DNA of 62,477 bases, filler included, from Actinobacteria bacterium UBA7524 (lineage in GTDB: Bacteria > Actinomycetota > Coriobacteriia > Anaerosomatales > UBA912), in NCBI GenBank assembly GCA_002478275.1. It is 7 parts of 7 records of this genome, joined end to end, with 100 filler letters (N's around TTAATTAATTAA, not from the genome) between each part and the next. Parts side by side here need not be neighbours in the genome. Positions count along the whole stretch, not along the records: positions 57,487 to 62,477 come from DLMY01000025.1; 6 more parts are not named here. One strand, given 5' to 3'. Each line of letters starts with the position of its first letter. Position 1 is the first letter of the stretch. Below the pieces are notes generated by a model, which was not told where the DNA came from, searched no databases, and saw only the letters and a program-made list of their open reading frames with translations. The position numbers and the translations under genes were made by a program. Below, one piece after another: positions 61,217 through 62,477 of the stretch.

Positions 61217-61690
61217 CGACCCTGCCCGAGATGTCCCGCGCACGAGCCGACCGCCTTCACGCACGAGGTCCGCTCTTGCTGCGAGTTCTGTGAGGAACTC
61301 TTCGCGTTGCGAGGGAGATACGAGGCTCAATCCGAAAGGCCCGGCTTTCGTGCGAATCGCGAGACGGTCGAGCGATAGAGCCGGCGATGAGAGCGGATTG
61401 TGCGTCGGGTACACCTCGAGGATGTCGGCCAAGCGAATGCGGCTTCTCACGACGCCGAACCGGACGATGAGCTCCTCCCTCGATAGGCCATATCGGATGG
61501 GAATGATGAGAAGCGCGTAGATGGCGGTGACGATCCCGATACCTACCAGAGCAGCCACGATGCCCTCGCGCTCTCCGGATCGCAGCGCAGCAACGAAGGC
61601 TCCTATCTCGATCAACGGGAGCGCGACGAGGATGACTCCAAGCCACCAGTCGACCTTCGAGCGGAACCACGTCACGTTCAGATCGGTCAT
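61211..61690 (-). CDS. Membrane-anchored bacterial PH domain protein, cassette gene
   Basis: FRSKVDWW, 2 TM, SSPALSLDRLAI, VSP. Confidence 0.85.
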   Translation of the reverse strand: MTDLNVTWFRSKVDWWLGVILVALPLIEIGAFVAALRSGEREGIVAALVGIGIVTAIYALLIIPIRYGLSREELIVRFGVVRSRIRLADILEVYPTHNPLSSPALSLDRLAIRTKAGPFGLSLVSPSQREEFLTELAARADLVREGGRLVRGTSRAGSA

Positions 61691-61725
61691 GCCTCCGAGT
61701 CATCCACCCCTCAGCGCGGTGTTCG

Positions 61726-61820
61726 GCCTAACGCTCTTGGGCGTAACCTGCAACGCCTACGCCCGCTCCCTGCCCGAGGATACCTCACACGGCGTTGCCA
61801 GGTTGACGCCCTGGTTAGAT
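61726..61820 (-). repeat. attC site
   Basis: Minus strand ATCTAAC-CAGGGCGTCAACCTG...CAGGTTACGCCCAAGAGC-GTTAGGC. Confidence 0.85.
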
Positions 61821-62114
61821 CGCCCCGCCGAACTCGTCCTCATCGATCAACTGGCTCGCGCGACGAACCGTATGGATGTCGATATCGACACCGACCTCGT
61901 AGAAGACCCGGAAGTCCCCCAAGACGAGCTCCCTGATCCCGGGCGTGGCGACACCGCGACCGGGCTTGCCCATCTCCGGGAAGTCGCCGAGGCGTCCGAC
62001 CTCATCGAACAGCTCGTCGATCCAGCGGGCCGCGGCAGCCGGGCTGTCCTGTGCGATGTAGCCCGAGATCTCCTCGACGCGTTCGAGCGCCCGCTCCGAC
62101 CAGATGACCCTCAT
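61815..62114 (-). CDS. ParE/RelE family toxin, cassette gene
   Basis: VIWSERAL...EEI..YIAQDSP.AA...FPEMG...RELV.GDFRVFY. Confidence 0.9.
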   Translation of the reverse strand: MRVIWSERALERVEEISGYIAQDSPAAAARWIDELFDEVGRLGDFPEMGKPGRGVATPGIRELVLGDFRVFYEVGVDIDIHTVRRASQLIDEDEFGGAI

Positions 62115-62392
62115 GAGCCGAGCTTGCCGAGCACTCGCGCCCTGGCCTCGTCATGAGGTACCCCGCCACCGGCGGCGATCTGTGCTCGCGACACCTGGAT
62201 GTCGTCAAGGATGGCGAGCTTCTCGCGCATCGCCTCGAACTCGCGGATGTCGACGACGACCGCGACGCCACGACCGTGCTGGGTGAGGACGAGAGGGCGG
62301 CGGGTATCGCTCACTCGTTTGATGAAGGCCGCGACACCAGAGCGGAACTCAGAGAGCGGACGGATGTCCTCGTCGAGCCGGAGCGGTTGCAT
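62111..62392 (-). CDS. Phd/YefM antitoxin, cassette gene
   Basis: DIRPLSEFR...RRPLVLTQHGRGVAVVV. Confidence 0.9.
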   Translation of the reverse strand: MQPLRLDEDIRPLSEFRSGVAAFIKRVSDTRRPLVLTQHGRGVAVVVDIREFEAMREKLAILDDIQVSRAQIAAGGGVPHDEARARVLGKLGS

Positions 62393-62469
62393 GATGACCT
62401 CCTGGTACGCTGTCTTGTACAACTTAGCGTACGCTCCCGTCGCTCAAACAGCAAGCGCTGGCGGGGTCG

Positions 62470-62477
62470 ATCTAACG
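62470..62477 (-). repeat. Core site of next attC (or attI), cut by window end
   Basis: Minus strand GTTAGAT, exact complement of inverse core ATCTAAC at 61814-61820. Confidence 0.6.

Larger units (their letters stand above)
57487..62477 (-). mobile_element. Integron-type gene cassette array (integrase not on this scaffold)
   Basis: Co-oriented small ORFs separated by 86-104 bp imperfect palindromes bounded by core-site-like heptamers (xxxYAAC/GTTRxxx). Confidence 0.88.

Noticed and set aside
57869..61820. Repeats considered as a CRISPR array or REP elements
   Set aside because: Repeats are long, divergent and separated by whole genes, with cassette-specific core complementarity; this fits attC.

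Overview
This is not one locus. It is seven scaffolds of a high-GC draft genome or MAG joined by artificial N-padded TTAATTAATTAA linkers (approx. 1-3243, 3344-17069, 17170-27144, 27245-43762, 43863-49192, 49293-57386, 57487-62477). Gene content suggests an anaerobic Actinomycetota, probably Coriobacteriia/OPB41-like (inference from CWB2 protein, system II cytochrome c maturation, yidC-jag-rsmG-parAB and giant multiheme cytochromes). Highlights: (1) an integron-type cassette array with 7 full attC-like sites, one truncated site and one partial site, whose core/inverse-core heptamers pair across each cassette, unusual for a monoderm lineage; (2) two selenoproteins the ORF track truncates at UGA: a membrane-bound [NiFeSe] hydrogenase large subunit (DPUxxCxxH) and a UxxC peroxiredoxin-like protein; (3) a 1972-aa cytochrome c with 38 CxxCH plus about 14 extended heme motifs beside ccsAB and a second multiheme cytochrome; (4) an arsR-hgcA-hgcB mercury-methylation operon; (5) a heliorhodopsin flanked by a SOUL remnant and katG; (6) a receiver-domain/PilT fusion; (7) a Moco-riboswitch-like leader before the hydrogenase, several operator palindromes, toxin-antitoxin modules and the oriC-proximal parABS region. 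Family assignments are from motif recognition by eye, not database searches.
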